A DNA stretch of 64,000 bases from Scenedesmus sp. PABB004 (taxonomy: Eukaryota), in the NCBI GenBank assembly GCA_014905635.1, contig JABVCE010000024.1, positions 434,001 to 498,000 of the forward strand, read 5' to 3'. The notes beneath the pieces are model-generated. The model was not told the origin of the DNA and searched no databases. It saw only the letters and a program-made list of their open reading frames with translations. Positions 1-13,486 of the stretch are shown piece by piece (position 1 is the stretch's first letter; the number at the start of each line of letters is the position of its first letter). A program made the position numbers and the translations under genes.

Positions 1-3000
1 CTACACCGTGCAGTTCTTCCAGCAGGCGAGCCGCCCAGGGGCTTGGGCGCTGCACGCGGGGGAGCGCGCCCGCGGCGGGCGGGCGGGCGGCGCGCACGCG
101 CTCGGCGGCGCCGCCGCGCGGCGGCGCCGGGCGCGCAGGCGCGGGCGGCGGCCGAGCCGCGCGCCGCCCGCCGCGGCGCGGCAGGTCCGCTCCGGCAGCA
201 ACAACTCGGTCGAGGTCGTGCCGCTGACGGAGGTGATCAACGTGAAGCTCGCCAACAAGCTCCAGATCCGCATGGACCCGGCGCTGCACGACGGCACGAT
301 GTACTTTGCGCAGGCGCGTGCGGCGCCCGCGCGCCGCGGCCGGCCGGACAGCGGCGAGCGGCCGTCGCCCACGCGCCGCCGCGCTCGCGCGCCCTGCCGC
401 CCCGACCAGGTGACGGCCACCAACGAGGCCGGCCTCACCACGGTGGTGCAGGGCCTGCCCATCGCGGTCGACCGCTCGCTGTGAGGCGCCGCGCGGCGCC
501 GTGGCGCGGGGGCGGCCGCCCCTGCCCCGCTGACGCGCGCAACGCGCGCTCGCCCCGCTCACGCGTGCCCGCCGCCGCCGCAGCGAGGGCGCTGTGCCGG
601 CGGGCAGGACCGCGCTGATCGTGGTGCTCTGCAGCGTGGGCTGCCTCGCCATCGGCGCGCTGCTCTCGGTGCTCGCGATGCGCGGCGCGGTGCACCAGCA
701 GAAGCAGCGCGAGAAGGAGCGCCAGCAGGTGGGCGCCGCCGCCTGGCCTCCGCGCCTCGCGCGCCCGCCGCCGCCGGGCGCCGTCGGCCGCTGAGCCCCT
801 GCTGCGCCCCGCGTGCTGCCCCGCGTGCTGCGCCCCGCGGTGCGTTACGCCGCGCCCTGCAGGAGGCGAAGCAGCTCAAGGCCCTGATGTACGCCCTCGT
901 CTCGCACAGCGACGGCGGCCCCGGCGGCCCCGGCGGCAGCGTCGTCGCGCCGCCCGGCGCCGCGCGGCTCGACGCGAGCAGCAAGGAGGTCGCGTTTGTC
1001 TTCACCGACATAGAGAGCTCGACCGAGCTCAGCAACCAGGACCCCGAGGCGTTCAAGCAGGCACGCGCCTAGGCGGCGGCGGCGCGGCGGCGGCGGCAGC
1101 TTGTGGCGGCGGCGGTGGCGCGGCAGCCGCGCAGGGGGTGGCCGCGCGGCCGCCGCCGCCCCGCCGACCCGCCCCGCCGACGCGCCCCCGCCCGCGCTCG
1201 CGCGCAGCTGCAGGAGGTGCACGACCAGATCATGCGCGAGGGCATCGCGAAGCACCACGGCTACGAGATCATCACCGAGGGCGACTCGTTCCAGGCGCGC
1301 GCCGCGCCCGGGTCCTGCGCCGCGCCCCTGTCGCGCGCGGGCAGTGCCCCTGGCGCCGCCCCCCCCCCCCCCCGCGCGCGCGCGCGGCCGGCGGTGGGGC
1401 GCGCGCCGACGCCGGCCGGCGCTGCGCGCCGCGGCCGCGCGCCAGGTCGCGTTTGCGAGCTGCCAGTCGGCGCTGGCCTTCTGCATGGAGACGCAGTATC
1501 GACTGCTGGAGCAGACCTGGTCCAAGGACGTGCTGCGCCTCAACGCCTGCAAGGCCATCCGAGGTGCGCGGCGCGGTGCAGCGGCGGCAGGCGCCGGCGC
1601 GCGCGCTCCCGGCCGCCCGGCGGGGCGCGGCGCACCGGCCGACCGCGCCGCGCCGCCTCGACGCGCGTCGCCGCAGGCCCCGACGGCGACGTGCTGTTTG
1701 CGGGGCCGCGCGTGCGCATGGGCATCCACTGGGCGCGCGAGGGCACGGTCGCGGTGCGGCTGCACAACCTCACGCGCCACAGGGTCTACGCGGGGCCGGC
1801 GGTGCAGATCGCGCTGGACGTGAGCGAGGCGGCCAACGGCGGCCAGATCGTGCTCACCGAGGTGCGCCGCGCGTCCACACCCGACCGCGCCAACGCCTGC
1901 CCGCGCCGGGGCTGCCGCCGCCCCTGGCCGGGGCTGCCGCCGCCCACACGCCGGACCCGCGCCGCCCGCCCGCGCTCGCTGCCCCGGCCCCGCCAGGACG
2001 CGGTGGCCAAGCTGGCTGAGAACATGGCGATGGCCCTCTTCCCCGTCATACGCCTCTCCGGCCTCTTCCAGCTGCCGAGCGTGCCGTGCCCCGTCTTCCT
2101 GTTCAGTGTGACCGAGGTCGTCGGCAAGCCGCTGCGCCGCGCGGGCCACTTCCGCGGGCTGCGCAAGATACGGCAGGTCTGGCCGGGCGCGGGCGACAAG
2201 GTGCGCCCCGGCGACGGCGCCGCGCCTGCGCGTGGCGCGCGCGGGGAGAGCGCAGCGCAGCGCGGCCGCGCGCCGCGCCGCGTTGTGCTCCGCGCCCACA
2301 CGCCGCCGCCGCTCCCCACCCTCCGCGCTCCGCGTCGCGGCTTCACCCCACAGCTGCAGCTGCACGCGGCGCTCGAGTACAACATCAACCTCCCGCCCCT
2401 GCCCAACGCGTCGGGCTCGCTCGCGTTTGTCTGCCTCCGCCTCACGACCTACCCCAAGGCGCGGCCGTGCGACCTGCCGCCGCACCTGCAGGAGCGCCTG
2501 GAGGAGGTGTTTGCGGTGCAGGCGCAGCAGTTCAAGGGCTACCTCTTCCAGACGCACGACAACGCGGCGCGCGAGGTGCCCGCCCGCGCACGCCGCCGCC
2601 GCTGCCTCGCCGTGTGCATGCTGCCGCCGCGCACGAGGCGCAGGCGCCGTGCTCCGCCCCACGCGCGCGCGCCGCTCTCCCTTCTCGCCGCGCGCAGGGC
2701 ATCTGGACGGTCGCGTTCCAGGCCGCCATGGACGCGATGCGCTTTGCGCACGCGGCGCAGATGCTGCTCATGCACACGCAGTGGCCCGCCTCGGCCGCCG
2801 ACTTCTGCGGCGCCGCCGTGCCCAGCCCCGACGGACGCTGGCTGTTCCAGGGCCCGCGCGTCGCGATGGCGATCCACGAATCGCCAGACTACTTCGTGAG
2901 TGCCGCGCCGCGCCTCCGGGCGCGCCTCCGGGCGCGCGCCGCCGGGGCTGCAGGCCATGCCTGCCTGGCGCGCACGTCGCACGCGCATGGCGCATGCGCA

Positions 3001-5893
3001 CACGCGCCGCGCCGCTGCGCCGCGCCGCGCCGCCGCGCCGCCGCCCGCAGGTGAGCGAGGACGAGAGCGTGCTGCCGGCGGGGCCGCGCAAGGTCATGTG
3101 CTTCGCAGGGCCCGCCGTCACGCTGCCGCTCGTGCTCACCTACGCGGGCCGCGGCGGCCAGGTGGGCGGCGCGGCGCGCGCGCCCGGGGCCGCCGCGCCG
3201 CCGCCGCGTGCGGCACGGCGCATGCCCGGCCCGACGCGCGCGCACGTGCGGCGCGGCGCCGCCACCGCCCTGCGCGCTGCCGCCGCTGCTCGCCAGGTCA
3301 TCCTGAGCGAGCGCGCGTGGGACTCGGTCAAGCCGGTCATCACGCAGCACCCCGGCGCGGTCACGGTGATCAGCCTCGGCACGCACATCGTGTCGGACGA
3401 CTTCCCCCTGCCCATGCTGCTCATGGAGGCACGCGGCGTGGCGCGCGCAGCGAGGGGCACCTGCTCCCGCCCGCGACCGCGCCTGGGCCCGAGCCCCGGC
3501 GCCGCGCCTGGGCCCTCGCGCCCCGGCGCCGCGCGCGAGCCGCCGCGCGAGCCGCCGCATGCGCGTCCGTGCTGCCGCTGCGGCGCAGGTGATGCCCAAC
3601 CTGCTCGCGCGCCGCGCGTTCAACCCGGTCATGACCAAGCGCCAGGTGGAGATGGGCTACCGCGAGGCGCCCGACCCGCGCGACCCCATGACGATCGTGT
3701 TCGTCAAGGTGGGCGGCCGGGGCTGCCGCGCAAGGCTCGGCCCTCTTGCGGCCGAGCCCCCGCGGCGTCACCGGCGGCGGCGGCGGCGAGGGCGCCCGCG
3801 TGGCGCGCGGCCCCACGCCGCGCAACCGCGGCCCCTGCGCGCCTGCGGCGCGTGCACAGGTGTCCAAGCCGTCCGAGGTGGTCGCGGCGGAGAAGGGCAA
3901 CCCGCTCGCGGACGGGCCGCTGCGGGACGAGGACATCTCGCTGACTATCCAGGCCTACCAGGTGCGGCGGCGCTCGCCGCTTGACGCTCGGCCTCCAGCA
4001 TCACGGTCTGGGGCTGCCGCGCGCCCAGCAGCGCGCCACGCCGCGCCGCGCACGCCCACACCGCGCCGCGCGCTGCACGCGTCCGCAAGATGTCTGTGTC
4101 GATGTACACCGCGACCGCGCGCAAGCTGCTGCGCCTGTACCGCGGCTACGAGTGCAAGGAGCCGGAGCCCGGCAAGTTCACGATCGTCTTCCAGTGAGCG
4201 CCGCGGCCGCACGCGCCGCGGAGCCGGCGCCGCCGCCGCGCGCAGGAGGGCGCCCGCGCCGCGCCGCGCCGCGCCGCCGGCCGCGCCGCGCCGCCGCCCG
4301 CGCGCCGCCCGGCCGCGCGCCTCAGCGCTCCCGCCGCGCCGCGGCAGGGACCTCGCGGACGCAGTGCGCTGGGCGTGCCACGTGCAGGAGGAGCTGATGT
4401 ACCTTGCCTGGCCCAGCGCGCTGCTCAGCATGGCCGAGTGCGCCGAGGTGCGCGGCCGGCAGCGGCGCCGGCGGCGGCGCCGCGCGCGCGTGCTCTGCGC
4501 CGGCCCGCTCACGCCGCGGGGCGCCGCCGGCGCGGCAGGTCCGCGAGCCGGGCAGCGGGCAGCTGCTCTGGCGCGGCCTGCGCGTGCGCATGGGCATGGC
4601 GCACGGCATGGTGAGCAACAAGAAGCCACTCAACACCGGCCGCGCCGACTACTTTGGCGTGCTCCCCAACGCGGCGGCGCGCGTGTCGGCGCTCGCGGCG
4701 CCGGGGCAGGTGCGTGCCAGCGCGCCGCAGCCCGGCCAGGAGCGCCGCAGCGGGGCGACGCCCACGACGTGCGCCGGCCGGCGCGCCCCCCCGCCGCCGG
4801 CGGCCGGCCGCAGGTGCTGGTCGAGGCGGCCTGCCCGCCCGTGGCCGACGACGGGCGCGGCCTGCTGCTGCAGCCCGACGCCGAGACGCGGCTGGCCATG
4901 CTCTACGTCCCCGGCCAGGCGCCCGACCGGCGCAAGGGCGCGCCGTTGCCGCCGGCGCCCGGCGGTGGCGACGGCGGCGCGGACGGCGGCGGCGGCGGCT
5001 GCGCCGACCCGCGGCAGGAGCTGCACATCAGCGCGGTCGGCTACTACCTGCTCAGGTGGGTGGCTGTGTGTGGTTGTTTGGCGTGCTTTGCCTGCTTTCT
5101 CATGCCTCGCCCTCACGGCCCGCCGCCGCCGCCGCCGCCCCTCGCGGCGCCCGCCCGCCCGCCAGGGGCCTCGACAACCCGCGGCTGCTCTACGCGGCGG
5201 CCGGCGCGCGCGTGCGCGGGCGCGACCTGCGCATCAACGGCGACATGTGGGCGCCGCCCTCGGGCCTGCTCGGCCCGGGCGGCCTCAACGCCAGCTTTGC
5301 CAGCAGCAGCGCCAGCCTGCGCCGCAACCTCAACTCGTGGGTCGAGAAGACCCGCAGCTCCTTCCGCAGCCGCCGCGGCGCGACGCCCTCGCCCAGCGGC
5401 AGCCCGTCGCCGCGCAAGGCGGCAATGCCGCTGGCCGACGGCGGCAGCCCGGGCCCGCGGCCGGCCGGCCCCGGCGGCGCGAGGTCGCACCTCGGCCCGG
5501 GCGGCGCGCTCGCGGGCGGCGCGTTTGGCGGCTGCGGCGCCGGCGCCGGCGCGCCGGGCGCTGGCGGCATCCCCGCGGGCGTGCAGTCCGGCGGCGGCGG
5601 CGGCAGCAGCTTCCGGGATGCCGCCGACTCGCCGGGCTTCTACAGCCTCTGCAGCGACTCGCTCACCGCACACCGCAGCCCCTTCCTGCTCAACACCAGC
5701 GCGGCGCGGCTGCAGGCGCTGCTGCCGCGCGCGACGAGCAACGCGTCCACCGCCGGCTGCACCGACGCGAGCGCGGCGGCGGGCAGCGACGGCAGCCCCG
5801 GCGAGGGCCCCGCGAGCCGGCGCAGCCGCTCGTGGCTGACCGGCTCGCGCGGGCAGCTGCTGCCGCGGGCGCAGCAGGAGGCGCTGCAGGTGG

Positions 5894-5940
<47 letters not shown>

Positions 5941-8900
5941 GCGCGGCGGCGGCGGCGGCGGCGGGCGCGGGCGCGGCGGCGGCGGGCGCGGGCGCGGCGG
6001 CGGCGGCGCCGCAGGGGTGCTCGCCCTCCGCGCCCGGTCCTGCGCCGCCGGCTCACGCCAAGCGCCGCTGCCGCGCGCGCGCGCGCCCCGCAGGAGTTGG
6101 ACCCCCTGGCGGCGCGCAGCGCGCTCTCGGAGCTGCTGAGCCGGCAGGCGGTCGTGGAGGCGCTGCACGCGCGGCTCGGCTGCGACGCGGACGCCGCCAG
6201 CGGGGCCGCGGGCGCGGGCGCGGAGGCCGCGGCCGAGCTCGCCGGCCTCGCGCCGCCCCCGGCGTGCGGCGGTGGCGCGCGGCTGCGCTTTGCCTCCACG
6301 CCCAACTTGCCCGAGATGGGCAGCCAGGGTCACGGCGGCGGCGTGCTGGCCGACCCGCTGCTGGGCGAGCTGCGGCTGCCGGCCATCCAGACGACGCCGC
6401 ACGCGCCTGCTGGTGTGCGCGGGCAGCGCGCAGCGCGCCACGGCGCGGTTGCCGGGGAGGGGGAGGGCGGCTGCGGGAGGGGGGCTGCGCGCCGCGGCAC
6501 GCCGACGCCGGCCGCTCACCCCACGCTCACCCTCGCCGTCCGCAGCGGCCTGCCTCTGGCGTGCCAACACGCCCAGCAGCGTCGACGTCTCGCCCGTCAG
6601 CTACACGGACAGCAGCCCGCTGGCCGCCGGGCGCGGCGGCGCCGGCGGCGCGCTGGACCCGCGCGCGGCGTACCTGCAGCGCCACCAGCAGCTGCTGAGC
6701 ATGCGCGGCAGCGGCGGCGGCGGCGGCAGCGCCGACGCGAGCACCGACCCCAGCACCTCGGGCGGGGGCGCCGCCGAGCCGGGCAAGGCGCCCAGCCACA
6801 GCGAGCTGCTCGCGCACCAGCAGCAGGCGCAGGCCAACATGGCCGCCATGGTGTATGACAGGCGCGCCGGCGGCGGCGGCAGCGACGTCTCTGTGAGCTC
6901 GAGCCTGGAGGGTAGCGGCATGCGGGGCTTCCTGGCCGGCATGGCGAGCACCTTCTCCGGGGGTGAGCACTGCGGGCGCGGCGCGCGTGGCACGCCGCCT
7001 GGGCTGACGCGGCGCCTCCCACCGCCGCCCTCCGCCCACTCCCTCCCCTCGCTCGCCGTGCAGGCGCGGCGCCGCCGGAGCAGCGGACCCTGAACGTCTT
7101 CATACGCCCCGCCCGGGCGCTGCTGGACCAGGTCCGGCGGCGCAGCAGCGCTGCCGCGAGCGCCGCGGGCGCGCGCTCGGGCGGCGGCGCGCCGCCGGCG
7201 GCGGGCGGCGACGCCGACAGCGACGCCGGCGCGGACCGGCAGCTCGCGGCGGCGCGGAGCATACATGGCATGCTTGCCAGCAGCACTGGCACCAGCCTGC
7301 CGCAGACGCCGGTCAGCGCGAACGGCTCGTGGGTGAGCGCCGGGGTCGCAAGCGCCGCCAGCGGCCACGCTGGGCCGCCCGCCCGCTGCCGCGCTGCCCG
7401 CCTGAGCCGCCGCCCTCCGCCACGCCGCCGCCCGGCCGTCGCAGGCGCCCGGCGCGCAGCACAGCGGCGCGCTGGCCAGCCCCGGCACCGTGTTTGCCAG
7501 CGACCTGGCGCAGGTGTGGGTCAACCACCGGCACAACAGCGCCACGTCAGCGCAGGCGCTGGCGGGCCCGTGGGGCCAGCAGCCGCACGCGAGGCCGCTC
7601 AGCGGCGCCCCGAGCCCCGCGGCCGGCAGCCCCGTGCACCCCAGCAGCAGCCGGCCGGGCAGCTACACCTACGCCGCCAGCAGCTACAGCCCCACCCACT
7701 GCACCGCGGGGCCCTTTGGCGGCGTGTGGGCGCAGCAGGCGGCCGCCGCGGCGCTGCGGGGCCCGCAGCACGGCGACCTCGCCTCCCGCGAGGAGGAGCC
7801 CTCGCTCAACGGCGGCACGGTCGTCCTGTCCGCGGCGGCTGCCGCGGCGGCCGCGGCGGACCAGCTGCTGATGGAGCTCAGCCTCTCTGGCGGCGGCTGC
7901 GGCAGCGGCAGCGGCGGCGGCGGCCCCGCCGCGCCCGCGGCGCTCGATCGCTCGGGCTCGCCCTGCCCCGCGGCCCCGCGCAGCAGCCTCGGCGGCGGCA
8001 GCGCGGCCGCCGCCGCTGCGGTGAGCCAGGCGATGTGGGCGAGCTACGAGGCGGGGCGGCTGGACCAGGCGCTGCACCAGGAGGTCGCGGCGCTGCAGCA
8101 CGAGTGGTCGGCCGGCGGCGCGGCGGGGCCGCCCGAGCCGCTCGCGTCGGGCAGCATCACGTTCTCGGTGCTCGGCGCGGCGCCCAGCGCGGCGCCGCGG
8201 CTGCAGCCAGAGCCGCCGCAACAGCAGCGCTACCAGGCCGCGCTGGCCGCCGCGCGCGCGGCGCAGGCGGCGGTCGCAGGCGTCGCGTCGCCCGCGGTGC
8301 TGGCGCAGCTGGCGGCGCGCGGCGACGTCGCGGCGCTCGCCGCGCGCGCGGCGGCGGCGGGCGGCGCCCCCTTCACGCTGCCCGGCCACGCGCTCGCGCG
8401 CGGCGCCGCATTCGGCCTCACCGAGCAGGAGGCGCTGGCAGCGGAGGCGTCGGCGGGCCACGCGGCCGCGCTGCACGCGGCCGCGTTGCCGGCCGGTCAG
8501 GCGCTGGAGCAGCAGGCGTTGCTGGCGTCGATCAACAGCTGCGGCTTTGACACCGAGGGCGCCTCGGACGCCAGCAGCTGCGCCGACGACCGCAGCGACC
8601 GCAGCGACCGCGGCGGTGCGCCCCCGCGCGCCGGCGGCGCGGAACGCGCGCCCGCGCCGTCGCTCGCGGAGCAGCTGCGCCTCGCGCGCGACCGCGGCGG
8701 CGCCGTCTACAGCGCGGCCGAGTACGGCGCGTTCCTGGCGGAGCAGCAGCGCGAGCGCGAGGCGCGCTCAATCGGTGGCATGATCGCGGTGCAGCAGGAG
8801 GGCGCGCTCACCGCCGCGGCCGCGGCGGCGGCGGGCGTCGCGCCCGGACCGGGCCAGCCCGCGGACGGCCCCGTCCGGCAGCAGGGCGGCGGGCCGGCGC

Positions 8901-9853
8901 GGCAGCAGCACCAGGAGCAGCAGCGCGCCGGCGTGGCCAGCGAGCCGGCGCTGCAGCGCTCCGCCGCCAGCAGCACGACGGGCAGCCCCCGCGACCGCGG
9001 CGACGCGCCGCCGGCGGCGGCGGGCCCGGCGGCTGCGGTGGCAGCTGCGCAACAGCTCAACAGCCAGCGGCTGTCCCAGGAGGTGCGGCACCTGCTGCAG
9101 CAGCAGCAGGTGCAGGCCCCGGGGCCTGGGCCTGAGGCTCGGGAGGCCCGGGCGCACAGCCAGGCGGGTCGGCTCAGCCCCCTCGGCGCCCTGACCAGGA
9201 CCCGCAGCGGCGGCGGCTCCTGCAGCCCGCGGCAGCCCACCGGCGCGGCGGCGCCATCGCGCGCGCCCGGCGCTGCACCTCTGAGCGGCGGCGGCGGCGG
9301 CGGCGGGAGCGGCGCCTCCAGCCCGCGCTCGCAGCAGGGCCCAAGCTCCGCCAACAGCTCGGCGAGCAGCACGCCGCGCGCGACGCGCGTCCCCAGCCGC
9401 GGCGGTGGGAGCGGCGCGCCCGCGCTCGACCGCGGCGGCGCGGCGCCGGGCGCGCCGCGGCAGCGCCCCGGCTGCGCGCCCGCGCTCGCTGCCGCCGCGG
9501 GCTGCGGGCCCGCGTGGCCGGCCGTCCCGGCCGAGCACGGGGCGGCGGAGGAGGAGGACGACGACGATGAGGAGCGCGCGGGCGCCGGCATGTTCCTGGG
9601 CGCCGACCGCGCGCTGGCGCTGCAGCACGCCGCGGCCGCGGCCGCGGCGCAGCCGCCGCAGGGCCGCGCGCGCGCGCCCGGCGCGCCCGGCGCGCCGCTC
9701 GACGGCATCCCCGAGCTGCACGGCCTGGAGGGGCGCTGCAGCGACGGCGGCGACGGCGGCGGCGCGGAGCCGCCCGGCGGCAGCGGCGCGGCAACCGGCT
9801 CGGCTGCGGCCGGTCAGCAGCAGCAGCGCGGCCGGTGGCAGGGCCTGCGCTGA
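1..9853 (+). CDS. Single-pass receptor-type class III nucleotide cyclase (probably adenylate cyclase) with FN3-like ectodomain end, three cyclase-homology domains and a long low-complexity tail; 5' end outside the window; about 23 introns
   Basis: Spliced exons give YFAQVTATNEAGLTTVVQGLPIAVD (FN3-like), TM helix ALIVVLCSVGCLAIGALLSVLAM, then FVFTDIESST..TEGDSF..GPRVRMGIH..GGQIVLTE; a second GPRVAMAIH..GGQVILSE; a third GLRVRMGMAHG..RADYFGVLPNAAARV..PGQVLV. Phases join through to the 7490-9853 ORF ending in TGA. Confidence 0.88.
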
Positions 9854-10597
9854 GCGGGGGGAGTGATTGGTTGGTGTGGCGTGCAAGTGCTTGCAGCTCG
9901 CTAGTTCGGAACCGTCGCGGAACCGTCGCGCGGGGCGGGCGGCACTGCTCTCATGGTCTTGCGTGCGTGCGCGTGGCCTCGTGATCAGCCACGCTCGCCA
10001 ACCCCCCTTGGCAGGAGGGCGCTGGAGGACGCTCCCTCTCCCTGCGGCGCCGCCTCGCTGTGTGCCGCCGCCGGCGTGCCAAACCCGGCGGCGGGACGAG
10101 TCGCGTGCCATGCCGAGTCGTGGCGTTTTGGTCGCTCGAGCGAGCGCGTGGCGCCGACCTTGGGCGGCGGCGCGCTGCGCGCGGGCGGCGCGACGGCGGA
10201 ACGCGCGGCGCGCGGGTCGTGGTGGTGGGGGAAGCGGGTGTACCTGCGTGGCCGGCGGCGGCGCATTTCATGCACGCCCAGTGATTTAATCGCCGGCGCT
10301 CGTCCGCGGCTCGCCGCTCTCGCCGGCGCTGCGGGGCGTCCGCCCTGCCCAGCGGGCGGCCAGAAGGGGTGGCGGCTGCGCTCTAGAGCGTTGTGGCGGA
10401 GGCTGGGAGCAACCGAGCTTCCTTGCCGCGCTCGCGCCGTGCGAAGCGTCATGACAGAACCGCCGCGCGTGCTGCGCGCCGCGCCTTGAAAACCGCCCGC
10501 GCGTCGCGTCCGCGACCAGTTTCACGTCACGCCCGCGCCCTCCACAGCTCTCTCGACCTGCCCCGCGCCCGCGAGGCCGGTCTTCGTCGCAGCAGCC

Positions 10598-12507
10598 ATG
10601 GCCGAGCAGAGCAGCCCCAAGCCCAAGGCGCACAAGAAGTATGAGCACCCCAAGTTCACGGAGATGGTCGTGCACGCGGTGACCGACCTCCACGAGGTGC
10701 GCCCGCGCGCCCGCGGCCCGAGAGGCTAGTCGGGCCCGTCCCGCGCCGCGCCCGCGCCCCGAGGCGGGCGCCGCGCCGCCTGGTTCGACGTGCAGCGAGC
10801 CCCAGCACGCCTCGCAGCGCGGGCGGGCCGCGCGGCGCTCGCGCGCCGGCCGCTGGGGGCCCACCGCCGCCGGCCCGCGCCGCCCTGACCTCGCCCTGCC
10901 CGCCCCGCGCGCGCAGAGGAACGGCTCCAGCCTGGCGGCCATCAAGAAGCACATCGGCCTTGAGTACGAGGTGCGGCGGCACGGCGCGGCGCGGCGCGGC
11001 GCGGCGCTGCGCAGCGCGGCGCTTCGCAGCCCCCGCGCGCACGTCCTGCGGCGCTGCCGCGCCGACGGGAGGGCCCGCCACGCCAGGGGCCGCACGCCCG
11101 GCAGCTGGCCGCCGCGTGCATGCGCGCGCGCGCGCACGCCGCGCCGACGCGCCGCCGCTGCTCGCGCGCGCCGCTGCTCGCGCGCGCCGCGCCGCGCCGC
11201 GCCGGCCCCGCCAGGGCCAGCTGCCCGACAGCTACACGCGCCACGTCCTCGTCGCCGCCAAAAAGCTGGTGGAGAGCGAGGATCTGGAGCTGCACGGCAA
11301 GCGCTACAAGCTGGGCGCGGTGCGGCGCGCGCGCGCGCGCTGCTGCCTGCGCCGCCGCGCGCCGACTGCCGCGCCCGCCGGCGCCGCTGGCCTCCCTCTG
11401 TCCGCGCAGGCGCTGAAGCCCAAGAAGGCCCCCGGTGCGCCGCGGCGCTCCGCCGCGCCGCCGCCGCTGCTGCTGCGTGCGCGCTGCTCGCGCGCGCGTC
11501 TGACTCGCCGCCCCCTTCACCTGCCGCGCAGCCAAGCCCTCCCCGCCAAGGCCAAGACCCCCGCCAAGAAGGTGCGCTCGGTGCGCCAGGCGCGAGGGCT
11601 GGCCACCGGCGGGCGCGCGCCTGTGGCGCGCACGCCGGCCCCTCGCCCGCCCACCCTCCCGCGCGCCGCCCGCCCGCGGCCTGCAGGCCGCGCCCAAGGC
11701 CAAGCCGGCGCCCAAGGCCAAGACGGCGCCCAAGAAGGCCACCGGTGCGGCTGCCTGCCTGGCCGCGGCGGCGGCCCGCGCGTGCGTGCACCCGCTGCGC
11801 CTCGCCCCCTGACCAGTCCCCCCCCCCCCGCCCCCGCTGCAGGCGTCAAGAAGGCGGCTGAGAGCAAGAAGCCCGCAGGTGCGTCAGCAGAGCGGCCCGG
11901 CGCCGCGCGCTCCGAGCGGGCGTCCCGGCCCCGCCGCTGCGCGCCCGCCCGCTCACCCGCCGCCGCGCTCGCTCGCCCCGCAGCGGCCAAGAAGCCGGCC
12001 GCCGCCAAGAAGCCGGCCGCCACCAAGAAGCCGGCCGCGGGCAAGAAGCCGGCCGCCAAGAAGGTGCGCGCACCGCGCACGCTGCGCCTGCCGCGCCAGA
12101 CTAGGGCGGCGCGGGCGGTGCGCCGGCGCTCAAGCGCGCGCCTGCGGCGCGGCCGCCGCTGCGCCGCCGCCCTGCCGCCAGGCCGCGCCGGCCAAGAAGG
12201 CCGCGACCACGCGCGCCATGGCGGCCAAGAAAACGCCCACCAAGAAGGTGAGGCCGCAAGCAAGGGCGGCGGGCGACTGACGCGGCGCCGCCGGCCAGCC
12301 ACTCTCGCGCGCGCGCGTGCCGCTGACGCGCGCGCCGCCGACGCGGCCGCCGCCGCCGACCAGGCCGCGCCCAAGAAGGCCGCCGCCAAGGTGCGGCGGG
12401 GCGGCGGCGGCGCGCGCCGCGCGCTGCGACGCGCCGGCCGCGGCTCACGTGCGCACGCGCGCGCGCCGGCCGCGCCGCAGGCGTCGCCCAAGAAGGGCAA
12501 GAAGTGA
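10598..12507 (+). CDS. H1: Linker histone H1, 11 exons
   Basis: MAEQSSPKPKAHKKYEHPKFTEMVVHAVTDLHE|RNGSSLAAIKKHI..|..KLVESEDLELHGKRYKL globular domain, followed by a K/A/P-rich tail ending ASPKKGKK-TGA. Confidence 0.93.
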
Positions 12508-12968
12508 GGCGGGCGGCCAGGGCCGGCGGGGGGCAGCAGCAGCTGGCCAACAGCTGCCGCGCGGACGGGCGCTCCTCTGGGGGGCTGTGGGGCGGCGCGC
12601 GCCGCAGGGGCGCGCGCCGCACGTTGAGGCCGGGCGGCGCCGCCGCGCCGGGCACGGTCGGCGCTGCCCCGCGCGGGCGGTCGGCGCCGCCGGCGGGGGC
12701 ACTTGTGCTGGCAGCTGAATCGCGCATGCATGCGCACGCGTGTGCCGCCCGGGCGGCGGGGAGGGGCGCCGCGCGGCGCCGCGCTCGCCGGGCTGCGGCC
12801 GGCCGGCGCGCTCAGCGTTGCCTCGCATCGGGCTGCGCCACCGCCCTCCCCTCCTCTCTTCCTCTCTGAGGCGCGCGGCCGGACCAACGTGGGCGGGGCT
12901 GGCGGGCGTGTGTGTTGATGGTCAGCAACGTTGGGGGCAGCGGCCGGCGCGCTAGCGTCCGTCGCCAC

Positions 12969-12973
12969 TGTAA
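12969..12973 (+). terminator. Chlorophyte polyadenylation signal TGTAA (H1)
   Basis: TGTAA about 460 nt after the H1 stop; this AT-rich word is rare in the surrounding sequence. Confidence 0.6.
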
Positions 12974-13107
12974 CATCAGTTGAGGGACCGCGATCGCCAT
13001 TGACAGCGGCGGCGCGGCCGGACCGGCGTGGGCGGGGCTGGCGGGGGGCGCGTCGGTCAGCGTCGGCGGGGGGCGTCGGTCGGTCGGGCCGCCGCGCGTC
13101 GCCGCAG

Positions 13108-13112
13108 TTACA
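13108..13112 (-). terminator. TGTAA poly(A) signal for nucleoside-phosphorylase-like copy 1
   Basis: TTACA on + about 380 nt downstream of the minus-strand stop. A similar site lies at 16718-16722 for copy 2. Confidence 0.55.
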
Positions 13113-13486
13113 CAACATGCACGCCGACTCGTACGAGTTGACGCTGACGGTTCGTCGGTCTGGCGCGGCGCGCACAGTGCAGGGCGGCAGCGCCGCAAAC
13201 GTCTCGTCCTGTCAGCCGCGCGCGGTCACGCAGCATCAGCCCGGTCCCGAGAGTGTGGGGGGGTCAGACTCATCGACTCACCAAAGAAGCCCAGACACCG
13301 ATGGGGCAGGGGCTGGCCGCGCCCTGCATAGGTGCTGATGAAATCAATTTGAATGAGCCGCCGCAGCACGCGGGGGCACAATAGCTTGCACGAGAGGGTC
13401 CGGGCAGGCGGGGGCAGCGCCCCGCCTCCGGCTTCGGGCGGCGCGCCCGCATGCAGCCAGCGGCGCGCCGGCGCCTCCGCCGGGCC

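Noticed and set aside
10524..10529. Plant histone hexamer ACGTCA upstream of H1
   Set aside because: Only a 6-mer, without the paired octamer; not supportable.
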